A stretch of 46,554 nt of DNA from a virus. The notes below the pieces were generated by a model that was given only the letters and a program-made list of their open reading frames with translations, had not been told where the DNA came from and made no database searches. Below are positions 16,702-27,106 of the stretch, in pieces. A program made the translations under genes and the position numbers. Position 1 is the first letter of the stretch, and the number at the start of each line of letters is the position of its first letter. The stretch lies in IMG/VR virus record IMGVR_UViG_3300045988_054487, one strand, 5' to 3'.

Positions 16702-17076
16702 GTGAGAAGCATAGAGGACAGTCTTTATTATTTCAAAGCTAAATGTTATGAAGTTATCGACGGAGATACAGCTAAGTTTATGATCGATGTTGGCTTTGAT
16801 ACATACAGAGATAAGCGAGTAAGATTTTTAAATATAGATACACCGGAAAGAGGACAGGATAACTACAAAGAAGCTACTGACTTTGTTAAAGAACGTATAC
16901 TGAACAAAGAAGTTATCATAAGAACTTATAAAGCTGATAATTTTGGCCGTTATTTAGGTGAGATATGGTACTACGATGAAAAGCATGACAAATATAGATT
17001 GCTAAGTAATGATTTACTAGACAACGGACTGGAGAAACCGGATAGCAAATGGAATAATTATATAAGTATGGAGTAG
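16702..17076 (+). CDS. Thermonuclease (staphylococcal nuclease, SNase-like) homolog
   Basis: DGDT…RFLNIDTPE… motifs of the SNase fold; GTG start (the track gives a TTG at 16687). Confidence 0.6.
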   Translation: MRSIEDSLYYFKAKCYEVIDGDTAKFMIDVGFDTYRDKRVRFLNIDTPERGQDNYKEATDFVKERILNKEVIIRTYKADNFGRYLGEIWYYDEKHDKYRLLSNDLLDNGLEKPDSKWNNYISME

Positions 17077-17091
17077 ATATGGAGGTTTAAT

Positions 17092-17310
17092 ATGTTCAAT
17101 GTTACAAGATCAATGATAGATAAAGCTATAGAAATTGTATCTAAAGAAACTAACAACGACTATTTAAAGGGGGACGAGTGTTATTTAATGCCTAATTATT
17201 ACGTAGGTACTATGAACATTAAAAATTATTTGTTCGAGTACAAAACATATCAAAACCCTGACGAAATACAAGAGAGATATTTTAGTGTTGAAGAACTTAC
17301 GGAGGATTAA
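17092..17310 (+). CDS. Hypothetical protein (72 aa)
   Basis: RBS TGGAGG. Confidence 0.45.
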   Translation: MFNVTRSMIDKAIEIVSKETNNDYLKGDECYLMPNYYVGTMNIKNYLFEYKTYQNPDEIQERYFSVEELTED

Positions 17311-17314
17311 ATAA

Positions 17315-17602
17315 ATGTGGATTAATGTAATGAATTGGTTTGATAAGATAATGAGTGGAGATATAGAAAAACAACCTAGATATTCTATATACTCACTTAG
17401 GTCAAAGTGTATATTCATAAAGGCAGATTATCCGGGATATTTAGAACGGGAATTAATGCAGTATTTGCACCAACCATGTTTCGACGGTTGGTTGTATGAG
17501 ATAGAGATTGTTAAAGGCAACAAAAAGAAACATTTAAGTTTAAGTAATAGAAAAAAACTTAAAGAAGTAGTATTCATATCTGACATATATTTTAAATATT
17601 AG
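17315..17602 (+). CDS. Hypothetical protein (95 aa)
   Basis: RBS GGAGGA. Confidence 0.45.
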   Translation: MWINVMNWFDKIMSGDIEKQPRYSIYSLRSKCIFIKADYPGYLERELMQYLHQPCFDGWLYEIEIVKGNKKKHLSLSNRKKLKEVVFISDIYFKY

Positions 17603-17615
17603 GAGTAAAGCAAGT

Positions 17616-19115
17616 ATGGAAATTATAAACAAAAGTATATATGACATTATAGATTATGATGACAACCCTAGATACAACGATGAAGCAATAGACTATGTGA
17701 AAGAAAGTATTAAAGAATTTGGTTTTAAAGTACCGATTATCATTGATGAAAATGATGTGATCATAGCAGGACATACAAGAAAGAAAGCGGCACTCGAGAT
17801 AGGTATTAAAGAGGTGCCAGTTATTGTTGCCGATGATCTTACACCGCAACAAGTTGACGCATTTAGATTGGCCGACAATAAAGTCGCTGAATTTAGTGAG
17901 TGGGATGAAGATTTATTGATGAGTGAACTCAATAAACTAGATGATTTAGACATGAGTGCGTTTGGCTTTGAAGATATGGAGTTAGATTTAGAAGATACAG
18001 AAATCGAAGAAGAAGAGATTGAAGAAGATGAAGTAGTAGAAATACCGGAAGAACCTAAGTCTAAATTCGGTCAAATATACCAACTCGGCAATCATAGACT
18101 AATGTGTGGTGATAGTACAAGCGATGAAGATGTTAGCAAGTTAATGAACGGACAACAGGCATCGTTAGTGTTTACTGATCCACCTTATGGAGCTAAGAAA
18201 CAAAAAGACGGTGTGCTCAATGATAATCTTAACTATGACAGCTTATTAGAATTTAATAAGTTATGGATACCACTATCATTTAAATATTTAAAAGAGAATG
18301 GCAGTTGGTATTGTTGGGGATTAGATCAACCACTTATGGATATTTACACAGAGATATTAAAGCCTAAGATTAAGAATAACGAGATTGTATTTAAAAACTT
18401 AATCACATGGGATAAAGGATCAGGACAGGGACAAAATTCTGATGCCCTAACAAAATATGCAACAGCAGATGAGAAATGTTTATTTGTCGCTGGAGATGTA
18501 GACAGCATGCCTAACAATTTCTATGAAGGGTATCGACCTATATTGAACGCATTAAAAGAACAAGCTGAAAAAGTAGGATTAGGATCTAAGAAGTACAAAG
18601 AAATCATAGGCGCACAGATGTATAGCCATTACTTCTCAGACTCTCAATTCTCACTAATACCACGAGAGGTATTTGCTAAATTAAAGAAACACTACGGAGA
18701 AGCGTGGGAATTAACATGGGAAGAATTAAGCCGTATGATAAACAAAGCTACACCCGGCCATAATGATTATGTAGAAGAACACAGAATGAAGAGGTCATAT
18801 TTCAATAACACACATGATAACATGAACAATGTATGGCACATTAACAGAATAGTATCAGGCACAGAAGAGTATAAAGACAAAGGTCAACACGTTACGCCTA
18901 AACCATTAGCCCTATGTAGTCGAGGTATTAAATCAAGTTCTAAAGAACAAGAAATAGTTCTCGATTTATTCGGTGGCAGTGGTAGTGTGCTTATATCTAG
19001 TGAGTTAGAAAATAGAACATGCTATACAATGGAATACCAACCTCAATATGTGGATGCAATCATAGAAAGATGGGAAAGACGCACAGGCAGAAAGGCGGAG
19101 TTGCTGAATGGATAA
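17616..19115 (+). CDS. ParB-like nuclease domain fused to a beta-class amino (N6A/N4C) DNA methyltransferase
   Basis: N-terminal ParB/Srx-like motif (…VPIIIDENDVIIAGHTRKKAA…). Motif IV DPPY (VFTDPPYGA) precedes the C-terminal motif I (VLDLFGGSGS), a beta-class order. Confidence 0.8.
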   Translation: MEIINKSIYDIIDYDDNPRYNDEAIDYVKESIKEFGFKVPIIIDENDVIIAGHTRKKAALEIGIKEVPVIVADDLTPQQVDAFRLADNKVAEFSEWDEDLLMSELNKLDDLDMSAFGFEDMELDLEDTEIEEEEIEEDEVVEIPEEPKSKFGQIYQLGNHRLMCGDSTSDEDVSKLMNGQQASLVFTDPPYGAKKQKDGVLNDNLNYDSLLEFNKLWIPLSFKYLKENGSWYCWGLDQPLMDIYTEILKPKIKNNEIVFKNLITWDKGSGQGQNSDALTKYATADEKCLFVAGDVDSMPNNFYEGYRPILNALKEQAEKVGLGSKKYKEIIGAQMYSHYFSDSQFSLIPREVFAKLKKHYGEAWELTWEELSRMINKATPGHNDYVEEHRMKRSYFNNTHDNMNNVWHINRIVSGTEEYKDKGQHVTPKPLALCSRGIKSSSKEQEIVLDLFGGSGSVLISSELENRTCYTMEYQPQYVDAIIERWERRTGRKAELLNG

Positions 19116-19273
19116 GCAAGAAGTTTTAAATATACTTAAGAGATTAAGATCGCAGTGTGTATTGACTAAACAGGAATACAGAACAATCAAAGGACAAACA
19201 AACAACGGAGATGTTGAAGCAGCGTTCAAAGGATTAAAACGATTGCTAAGACGTAAGGGGGTGCAAGTATGAG
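19109..19273 (+). CDS. Small ORF (54 aa) overlapping the MTase 3' end and the terS start; below the track cut-off
   Basis: ATG at 19109; basic protein MDKQEVLNILKRLRSQCVLTKQEY…; no RBS; coding status uncertain. Confidence 0.2.
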
Positions 19274-19802
19274 TGAGAACAAAACAGATGGACGAGTTAC
19301 TAAAGGTAAGTATCACGATTGGATAACAGACGAAGGATTAAGGATTGTTGAAGGTTGGGCTAGAGACGGGTTAAGTAACAAACAGATAGCTCATAACATG
19401 GGTATTGATGAAGCAACGTATTATAAATGGCAGCATAAGTACGACAAGTTTAGAGAGGCAGTAAAGAAAGGCAAAGAGGTTATCGACAGAGAAGTAGAGA
19501 ACGCCCTACTCAAACGTGCATTAGGTTATGAAGCTGAAGAAACAAAGACGTACGTTAAGAAGGGTAAGAACGGAGAACAAACACAACACATCGAAAAGAC
19601 AAAGAAACACATTGCAGGAGATACAACGTCGATGATCTTTTGGCTTAAGAATAGAAAGCCTGACGAGTGGAATGATAGACGCGAGATTACACATACTGGA
19701 TCTATAGACAGCAATGTTAAGATGTTTGAAACAGTAAGCACTGATGAATTGCGTGACATTGTAAGTGATGTTAAAGATATACTACGTGGCGACAATCAAT
19801 AA
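19269..19802 (+). CDS. Terminase small subunit
   Basis: N-terminal HTH (ITDEGLRIVEGWARDGLSNKQIAHNMGI), size and position immediately upstream of the large terminase. Confidence 0.75.
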   Translation: MSENKTDGRVTKGKYHDWITDEGLRIVEGWARDGLSNKQIAHNMGIDEATYYKWQHKYDKFREAVKKGKEVIDREVENALLKRALGYEAEETKTYVKKGKNGEQTQHIEKTKKHIAGDTTSMIFWLKNRKPDEWNDRREITHTGSIDSNVKMFETVSTDELRDIVSDVKDILRGDNQ

Positions 19803-19889
19803 TATAACAAACTTATAACTCGCTCGTCATAGACTTATAATCCGAGCGGAACAAGATATATACAAGATAGGTAAACTAGGAGTGGTTAT

Positions 19890-21275
19890 ATGGTAAATAG
19901 TAAAGAAGTTATTTTAAAGCGAGCGCTATTCGAGTTGAGTAGGCGCTCGTATTTAGATTATGTGGAACAAGTGCATTACTATAAATACTTTCACATGAAG
20001 CATACAAGATACATAACAGAAAGATTGCAACGAATAGCAGAGGGTGAGCAAAAGTATTTAATTGTTGAGCTACCACCACGTCACAGTAAATCACAAACGA
20101 TTACGGAGAGCTTTCCGTCATACTATTTAGGACTTAATCCACGTAATAGAGTAATAGCTACAGCATACAGTGACGGGCTGGCACGTAAGTTTGGTAGGCT
20201 TAACCGAAACAAATTAAAAGAGTTCGGCCAAGATATATTCGGCGTTGGATTGTCAGAGGATAATAGCAACGCTAACAATTGGGATCTAGACAACGGTGTA
20301 GGTGGTATGGTGTCTACAGGTATTGGAGGATCTATAACTGGTATGGGTGCGGACTTATTAATTATAGATGATCCAATCAAAAACAATGAAGAGGCACAAT
20401 CACAAACCATGCGCGACAAAGTGTGGGACGAGTGGGAAACAACACTGTCAACACGATTACATAAAGGTGCAAGCGTCATCGTTGTTATGACACGTTGGCA
20501 CGAAGATGATTTGGTAGGACGATTGCTTGAACGTAGTCCGTATAACTGGGAGCGTATAAGAATACCAGCAATAGCCGAAGATGATGACGACTTATTAGGA
20601 CGTGAGATAGGACAACCATTAGCGCCAGAGCTAGGCTATGACAAAGAGTGGGCGGATCTTAAGAGCAAAGAAGTAGGGACAAAGACATGGCTTGCATTAT
20701 ACCAACAACGACCTACAGACAGTGAAGGGAATATATTCAACCGTAGTTGGTGGCAGTTCTATGATACATTACCGCAATACTTTGATGAGCAAATACTATC
20801 GTGGGACTTAACGTTCAAAGATAACAAAGACAATGACTATGTTGTAGGACAAGTGTGGGGACGTAGACGTGCTAACTATTACTTAATAGATCAAGTGAGA
20901 GATCAAATGGATTTCCCTAATACGTTGGCGGCAGTGAGACAGTTATCTAGTCGTTATCCTATGGCAAGAATAAAACTCATAGAGGATAAGGCAAACGGTC
21001 CCGCAGTTATATCGACACTTAAAAAAGAAATAGCAGGTATCATACCGGTTAATCCTAAAGGTGGTAAGGTATCTAGAGCGCAAGCAGTCACACCATTCAT
21101 TGAGAGTGGCAATGTATTTTTACCTAAGCACAAAGACTTCACATATGATTTAATAGAAGAGAGCGCAAGTTTTCCTAACGGAAAGCACGACGATATGGTG
21201 GATGCCATGAGCCAAGCGCTATCTCGTATGGCAACAAAACAAAGCGCTGGAATATCTAGCGTTAATATTTGGTAG
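19890..21275 (+). CDS. Terminase large subunit (ATPase + nuclease)
   Basis: Walker-A-like PRHSKSQT, Walker B LLIIDDP, a C-terminal RNaseH-like nuclease segment (VVMTRWHEDDLVGRL…), and position next to the portal. Confidence 0.85.
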   Translation: MVNSKEVILKRALFELSRRSYLDYVEQVHYYKYFHMKHTRYITERLQRIAEGEQKYLIVELPPRHSKSQTITESFPSYYLGLNPRNRVIATAYSDGLARKFGRLNRNKLKEFGQDIFGVGLSEDNSNANNWDLDNGVGGMVSTGIGGSITGMGADLLIIDDPIKNNEEAQSQTMRDKVWDEWETTLSTRLHKGASVIVVMTRWHEDDLVGRLLERSPYNWERIRIPAIAEDDDDLLGREIGQPLAPELGYDKEWADLKSKEVGTKTWLALYQQRPTDSEGNIFNRSWWQFYDTLPQYFDEQILSWDLTFKDNKDNDYVVGQVWGRRRANYYLIDQVRDQMDFPNTLAAVRQLSSRYPMARIKLIEDKANGPAVISTLKKEIAGIIPVNPKGGKVSRAQAVTPFIESGNVFLPKHKDFTYDLIEESASFPNGKHDDMVDAMSQALSRMATKQSAGISSVNIW

Positions 21276-21285
21276 GAGGTTTAGT

Positions 21286-22998
21286 ATGTTACTTGAAACA
21301 TTTAGCAATCAAGACATTATTGATGTGCATGGCGATATGTTTTTCTATCGCAGTATGTATAGAGGGGAACATGCCAAGATATTTGAAAGGGCAAAAGATT
21401 TAGTCGATAAGGGAGAAGCAGTAGACGCGATTAGGTTTGGTAGTCAAAGTCGCGCTTCAAAGTTACAGACACCTTACATCGTAGCTAACGTATCGAAGAT
21501 GATTGTTGATATACCCTCAACGTTTATTAATCGTTCGTTAGGAGATATAGTAACAACAGTCAACAAAGAGTACGACGACATGAGCAATACATATGCTAAT
21601 CGTGTTGATGAAGGTTACAAAGAACAAGACAATCAAATGAACGGTACAAACGAACAACAAGAAGCTGGGGATAACTCGAATAACTTTGTGAATAACCAGC
21701 AAGATATACAAGCTATCGAACAAGAAGAGTTAGAACTTAAAAGGTCACATCAACAAGAAGTGTTAGATGAGATAGCAGACAACAGCAAGCTAGTAAGACA
21801 ACATGGTATGAACTTAAGACAATGGCAAGTAGACGGTGGTATTGTAGCGGTACCTGAAATCATAAACGGGAAGCTGCGTATTAGTTTTAAAGAGCGTAAT
21901 GTTTATTATGTTTTAGATGACGGTGTTACATATCAATTGCGTTACAGTATAGAACGTGACGAACAAAAGTATGTGCATGTTCACGAAGAGGTGGAAAACG
22001 AAACAAGTGTAGATGGGACTCATTATCTATATAAAGACAATGGCAATGATAAGTTGGAGTTGATTGAAGATAACGAACTGATAGAAGAGATTATAGGTAT
22101 TCCGTCCGATCATTTACAATACACATTACATGATCGTAACCGTACACTATTTGTTTATTTACCTAACGAGCCTTCGTTTGATAATGAGTATGGTTGGAGT
22201 GCATTGTTCGGCCAAGAAGGAAAGCAAGACGAGGTCAACTGGACTATCACAAGAGCAGCACAAACATTTGAACGTAACGGTAAGCCACGTATCAGTATCA
22301 CTAAAGATATATGGGAGCAATTACAAAATGCAGCGTTAGAAGAAACAGGCGACCCTCGTAAGATCAATCATCGTAATTTAGAAATCACAACAATAGATGA
22401 ACAGGGACACTCACTAGAAATTCATCAGATAGATACATCAAAGATTGGCGATATTCCATATGTTAAAGACATCATCAAGTTCATGCTTATGGAAACACAA
22501 ACAAGTGAGAAAGCAATCGATTTCTTTAGTGAAGGTAAATCATATGCAGAGAGTGGCACAGCTAAGTTCTATGATCTATTCTTATCACTTATGAAAGCAG
22601 AACGATTACGCGCAGAGTATGTAGACTTTATACGTCAAGCGTTTGAGAATTGTCTGTGGTTGGCAAGCGTACAAGATAACACAATCGAGATAGAACGTCC
22701 TGACATTATGCAAAGAGAGATGTTACCTATCACTTCTAAAGAACGTAGAGATATGAACAACGAAAGCTATGAAGCAGGCACACAATCACTTGAAACAACA
22801 TTACGCAATATCAATCCTGAAAAGTCTGATGATTGGATAGAGAATGAACTCGAGCGTATTGAAGAAGGCAAACCGTCTGTAGATAGTTTTAGTTTGTTTA
22901 ACGGTCAACAGTCGTCATTGAACTTCAACGCCAACCGAGATGGTAACGGAAATTATCCAGATGATATTAACAACACGACAGACGGAAGTAGTGAATAA
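21286..22998 (+). CDS. Portal protein
   Basis: 570 aa; positioned between terL and the head-morphogenesis gene. Confidence 0.7.
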   Translation: MLLETFSNQDIIDVHGDMFFYRSMYRGEHAKIFERAKDLVDKGEAVDAIRFGSQSRASKLQTPYIVANVSKMIVDIPSTFINRSLGDIVTTVNKEYDDMSNTYANRVDEGYKEQDNQMNGTNEQQEAGDNSNNFVNNQQDIQAIEQEELELKRSHQQEVLDEIADNSKLVRQHGMNLRQWQVDGGIVAVPEIINGKLRISFKERNVYYVLDDGVTYQLRYSIERDEQKYVHVHEEVENETSVDGTHYLYKDNGNDKLELIEDNELIEEIIGIPSDHLQYTLHDRNRTLFVYLPNEPSFDNEYGWSALFGQEGKQDEVNWTITRAAQTFERNGKPRISITKDIWEQLQNAALEETGDPRKINHRNLEITTIDEQGHSLEIHQIDTSKIGDIPYVKDIIKFMLMETQTSEKAIDFFSEGKSYAESGTAKFYDLFLSLMKAERLRAEYVDFIRQAFENCLWLASVQDNTIEIERPDIMQREMLPITSKERRDMNNESYEAGTQSLETTLRNINPEKSDDWIENELERIEEGKPSVDSFSLFNGQQSSLNFNANRDGNGNYPDDINNTTDGSSE

Positions 22999-23000
22999 CC

Positions 23001-24038
23001 ATGAAGGAAAATCAAGTCAAAGAAATGGTACTGTTTCTACAACGTCAAATATCTTTTTTAATATTGAACGCTAACTTATTAGACGACAAAGAAAAAGATA
23101 AGATGTTACGAAACATAAACCACCTTATAGAGATAAACCATTACAATGTAACAGAGTTGGTCGGAGAAGAGTTAGCCAACGAATACCAACAAGAGTTAGA
23201 AAATGCCGAAGCGTTATTGCAAGAGCGAGGGTTGGAGTTAAGTACAGCCCTCAACTCAATGGCGCAAGACAACGCGATAAGAATTATTGTTAGCGATACA
23301 ATGGCCGACCTATCAGCAGCATATAGAACAGCACGAATAAACATGACGAAGAATATAGAAAAGACTATCGGGGAAGTTAAAGAAGAAATAGCGAAGGGTA
23401 TTATGTATGGCGATACTAGAAAGAAAACAACTAAACGTGTACAAGAGGCATTTCTTAAAGAGGGTATGACATCGTTCGTTACGAGTGACGGTAAACAATT
23501 GCCGTTAGACTTCTATAGCGAAACAGTAGTTAGAACTAAAACACGTACCGCACGAATAAATGCACACGTTAACACTTACGAAGGTTATGGTGTTAATCTA
23601 GTCGAAGTTGTTGGTGCAAGTGATCCATGCCCGCACTGTGGTGCATATCATGACATGGTATTCTCAACAGACGGAAAAGATAAACGATTCCCCCACCTTA
23701 ACGTAAGGAATGTATTTCCGTTACACCCTAACTGTAGATGTAGTGTCATTCCTTTCGTTGCTCAAATAGAAGATGAAGAGGTCGTACAAGATAAGATTAA
23801 TTTATCTAAACAATTTGATCCGACGAAAGATAGAAGAACGGAAGAACAAAAGGCCTCATACAAGAAAATGCAAGACGCTAGAAGGAAAGCAAGACAAGAG
23901 GTCAAAGAATATGATAAAATTAAAAGTATATTAGGTAATGACGCGCCTAAAAATATTGGTGCTTATCGTCGTATGAAACGTAACAAGTCAAAAGGTTACT
24001 TAGAAATACAAAGGCGAATGAGAGCGCTAAGTAGTTAA
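23001..24038 (+). CDS. Minor head / head morphogenesis protein (SPP1 gp7 / Mu F-like)
   Basis: Mu-F-like core …NAHVNTYEGYGVNLVEV…CPHCG…. Confidence 0.7.
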   Translation: MKENQVKEMVLFLQRQISFLILNANLLDDKEKDKMLRNINHLIEINHYNVTELVGEELANEYQQELENAEALLQERGLELSTALNSMAQDNAIRIIVSDTMADLSAAYRTARINMTKNIEKTIGEVKEEIAKGIMYGDTRKKTTKRVQEAFLKEGMTSFVTSDGKQLPLDFYSETVVRTKTRTARINAHVNTYEGYGVNLVEVVGASDPCPHCGAYHDMVFSTDGKDKRFPHLNVRNVFPLHPNCRCSVIPFVAQIEDEEVVQDKINLSKQFDPTKDRRTEEQKASYKKMQDARRKARQEVKEYDKIKSILGNDAPKNIGAYRRMKRNKSKGYLEIQRRMRALSS

Positions 24039-24153
24039 AGCGTATGACCTGACGTAAGTCGTAAAAAGACGTGTCGTTTTGTTGTGTACGTTAACACGAC
24101 ACTCTAAAATTTGCTGATAAAACAGTGTTAAAAAATGTAAAGGAGTTAAGACA

Positions 24154-24786
24154 ATGGAAAGAAAATTTTTAAAAGATTTAGGTATTGAGGACGAAGCTAT
24201 CGACAAAATTATGGACGAACATGGAAAGGCTACTAACCAATTAAGAGATCAACTAAACAAAAACAAGAATGATCTTAAAGAGGTTAAAGAGCAACGCGAT
24301 GAATATCAAAGTAAACTAAAGAACAATGAGTTTAACGAGGACAAACTTAATGCCTTACAAACTAAATATGATGAAGCATTAGGTAAAATCGAGGACTATG
24401 AAGGACAGTTAAACACTCAATCTTTAGAGAAAGACATCATCAAACGTATTCCTAACGCATACGATACAGACGATGTGTTGACGTTATTAAATCGCGATAA
24501 GTTCGAATATGATGACGATGGCAAAGTCACAAACTTAGATGAAGTGTTAGACGCTTTCAAAGAAGCCAAACCTAACCTATTCAAAGACGAAGGCGGACAA
24601 TCAACGCAATCAGCTGGAGAAGGTAAAGGAGAAGGCAATGAAACCGGCGAAGGCAGTGGCGAAGGTTCCGGTGCAGATAAGCGTTATGGTTATAGATCAG
24701 GTGTTACAAAAGGCAACCCTAAAGGCGAAACAGATCATGACAAACTAGGTAAAGAACTAGCTGATAAGTTTGGTAAGATGATATAA
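24154..24786 (+). CDS. Scaffolding protein
   Basis: 210 aa, strongly charged and coiled-coil, with a Gly/Glu-rich C-terminus; sits upstream of the capsid genes. Confidence 0.5.
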   Translation: MERKFLKDLGIEDEAIDKIMDEHGKATNQLRDQLNKNKNDLKEVKEQRDEYQSKLKNNEFNEDKLNALQTKYDEALGKIEDYEGQLNTQSLEKDIIKRIPNAYDTDDVLTLLNRDKFEYDDDGKVTNLDEVLDAFKEAKPNLFKDEGGQSTQSAGEGKGEGNETGEGSGEGSGADKRYGYRSGVTKGNPKGETDHDKLGKELADKFGKMI

Positions 24787-24809
24787 GCTATAGCGTTTTG
24801 TACATTTAC

Positions 24810-24818
24810 TGGTATAAT
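24810..24818 (+). promoter_or_regulatory. Candidate internal promoter, extended -10 TGgTATAAT, upstream of capsid genes
   Basis: -10 hexamer with TG; no clear -35. Confidence 0.3.
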
Positions 24819-24902
24819 AGTTACAGTCACAACATCTAAGGTGCGATACTGTTTCAATCCGTTGTAGACTATTTATATATCTAATCAAGAGGAGGAATAG
24901 AA

Positions 24903-25274
24903 ATGAACTTGAAACCAGTTACTAATCAAGTTGTAGACAACCAACCTAAATTTATTATGAGCGGTAAAAATTTAGAATGGTCTGTAGGTCAAGTTACTTT
25001 AGACGCTTCTAAATTCCAAGAGGGAGAAGTTGTCAAAGCAGGCACAGCTTTATTTAGAGATCCAAGCACTAAACTATATGAAAAAGTTACAGGCGACACA
25101 CCTGAAACTATGGAAGCACCAGTGCTAACTGGAGCAACTGTTGTTATCAAAGGAACAGAGTCTAATGAAACTGTATCAGGTCTTAAAAAAGGATCTGTTT
25201 ATAGCGAGTTGTTAACTGGAGCAACAGACAACTTCAAAAAAGCAGTACAAGGCCGCATTGTATTTGATCTATAA
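24903..25274 (+). CDS. Head protein of unknown role (123 aa; in the position of a capsid decoration or minor capsid protein)
   Basis: Strong RBS GAGGAGG; between the scaffold and major capsid genes. Confidence 0.4.
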   Translation: MNLKPVTNQVVDNQPKFIMSGKNLEWSVGQVTLDASKFQEGEVVKAGTALFRDPSTKLYEKVTGDTPETMEAPVLTGATVVIKGTESNETVSGLKKGSVYSELLTGATDNFKKAVQGRIVFDL

Positions 25275-25309
25275 TACAAGCGATAATACATAACTAGGAG
25301 GAATAAATA

Positions 25310-26329
25310 ATGCCATTTATTACGGAGAATGAAAACTTACAACAAGCTACGTTGCAGTCTTACATTTCTAATCGTGAATCCGAAAAAGTAAGACGCCTAG
25401 CTAAGTCTTATCCTGATGAACAAGTGTTTGAAATTAACAACGCTTTTAACATCATTGAAGATACTGGTATCAAAGCCGGTTCTATTATTGGTTTTGACGC
25501 TGAAACACCAATCAGAACTAAACCTCAATTACAACAAAAATTAGTGTCACTTTCTAAAATCGCACATGCACATCACTACACAGAAGAAGAGTTATATAAA
25601 TACTTCAACCCACGTAGTGAAGCAGAGTCACTTAAAATCATTCAAGACGCGTTCATGAGTATCAATGCTTTAGACGAAGGTATTGAAGATACTAAAGAAT
25701 ACATTCGCGCACAAATGACTTACAATGGTAAGTTAGAGTTAGAAGATCCTAAGTCACAAGTTAAGATTGGATTTGAGTTTGACTTACCAGAAGAAACATT
25801 CATGCAATCAAATGACTTTGCGTCTGACGATGTAAACCCTATCGAAGTGTTAGAACAATTGGTAGAACGTTACCAAGAAAACAACAACCAAATAGCGCCA
25901 GCTTACATGGTTATGAACAGAAAAACATATAACAAAATTCGTCGTAACAAAAACGTTGTGGCACAGTTATATGGTAATGCTTCAGACGGACGTTTAGTTC
26001 GTAATGAAGATATGGAAACAATGTTCGCGGACTTTGGATTGCCAACATTAGAAATCGACGACAATGTAACAATCATTGAAGGATTAACTGAAGATGTACG
26101 TCACAAACATTTAGAAGATGACAAAGTTGTTATGCACGCTGAACAATTAGGTAACACATTAATTGGTCCAGCAGCAGACAATAACTTTGCTATTGGTAAA
26201 TATGTTGTTAACGTACAAGACAGAGATCCAATCAGTGAGAAAACTATTGTTGGAGAAGTAACAATCCCAGTGCTTAAAAACCCTAAAGGCGTTGTTATCT
26301 TAGAAGCTAAAGGAAACGACACACCCTAA
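25310..26329 (+). CDS. Major capsid protein
   Basis: 339 aa; strong RBS; in the position of the SPP1 gp13 equivalent. Confidence 0.6.
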   Translation: MPFITENENLQQATLQSYISNRESEKVRRLAKSYPDEQVFEINNAFNIIEDTGIKAGSIIGFDAETPIRTKPQLQQKLVSLSKIAHAHHYTEEELYKYFNPRSEAESLKIIQDAFMSINALDEGIEDTKEYIRAQMTYNGKLELEDPKSQVKIGFEFDLPEETFMQSNDFASDDVNPIEVLEQLVERYQENNNQIAPAYMVMNRKTYNKIRRNKNVVAQLYGNASDGRLVRNEDMETMFADFGLPTLEIDDNVTIIEGLTEDVRHKHLEDDKVVMHAEQLGNTLIGPAADNNFAIGKYVVNVQDRDPISEKTIVGEVTIPVLKNPKGVVILEAKGNDTP

Positions 26330-26400
26330 GCAACCTCGAAAGGTCGAAGTTGAAACGGGTAGTGATAGCGTGACAATCTCGACTGAATAGAGGTGCTTAA

Positions 26401-26766
26401 ATGTTTGACGCTAAGAAAACTATTGATTACTTCAAACGCACACCAGCATATAAGAATAAAAGCTACGCGAATATGAACGACGATGAATTAGAGTCTGTTC
26501 TATTCGACGCATATGAGGACATCGTTTCACTATATCCTAGTGTGACGGTGTCGCCTCGTATGATAGTTAAACAAATGCTTTTCAAGAAAGAAGCCGACGA
26601 TAGCGGCTTTGGTATGGCTCAAAGACATGGGCTAGCTAGTAGAAAGATTAATGACGCTAGCATTACATTTAGTGGCAACTATAGTTTGTTCGATCCTTAC
26701 GTTTGGCAAATGATACAAGCACAACTAGACGATAGGTTAAGGGGAGGTTTCGGACATCTTGTTTGA
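26401..26766 (+). CDS. Head-tail connector / DNA-packaging protein (gp15-like)
   Basis: 121 aa; first gene after the MCP. Confidence 0.45.
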   Translation: MFDAKKTIDYFKRTPAYKNKSYANMNDDELESVLFDAYEDIVSLYPSVTVSPRMIVKQMLFKKEADDSGFGMAQRHGLASRKINDASITFSGNYSLFDPYVWQMIQAQLDDRLRGGFGHLV

Positions 26767-27106
26767 TCCAATCATTCTTTTTAACGACACAGTAAAAATA
26801 AGAATACCGCAAATCATTGACGGTAAATTAATCAAAGATAAATACGGTAGATCCTTGAGGGAAACAAGAGAAGTCCCAGCTCATGTTAGATATAGCATGA
26901 CAAACTATTACACTAACGACGGAGAAGGACGAACGTCTGACGCTCAAGTGTATATCCCTGATGAAGAAATCACTCGCCTAATTGATTATGAAACACGTAT
27001 CATACACACCAATCCTAGTGGCGATGAACAAACTAGAGCAATACAGAAAATAGAATACGGACAAGATGTAACCGGAGCGAATGTATTTATTAAGGTGTAT
27101 CTATGA
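26759..27106 (+). CDS. Head closure / head-tail adaptor (gp16-like)
   Basis: 115 aa; TTG start overlapping the upstream stop. Confidence 0.4.
   Translation: MFDPIILFNDTVKIRIPQIIDGKLIKDKYGRSLRETREVPAHVRYSMTNYYTNDGEGRTSDAQVYIPDEEITRLIDYETRIIHTNPSGDEQTRAIQKIEYGQDVTGANVFIKVYL

Noticed and set aside
24039-24153. Hairpin GTGTCG…CGACAC after the head-morphogenesis gene as a terminator
   Set aside because: The stem is imperfect, the loop is 20 nt, and no T tract follows. More likely it is an incidental or RNA-processing structure.
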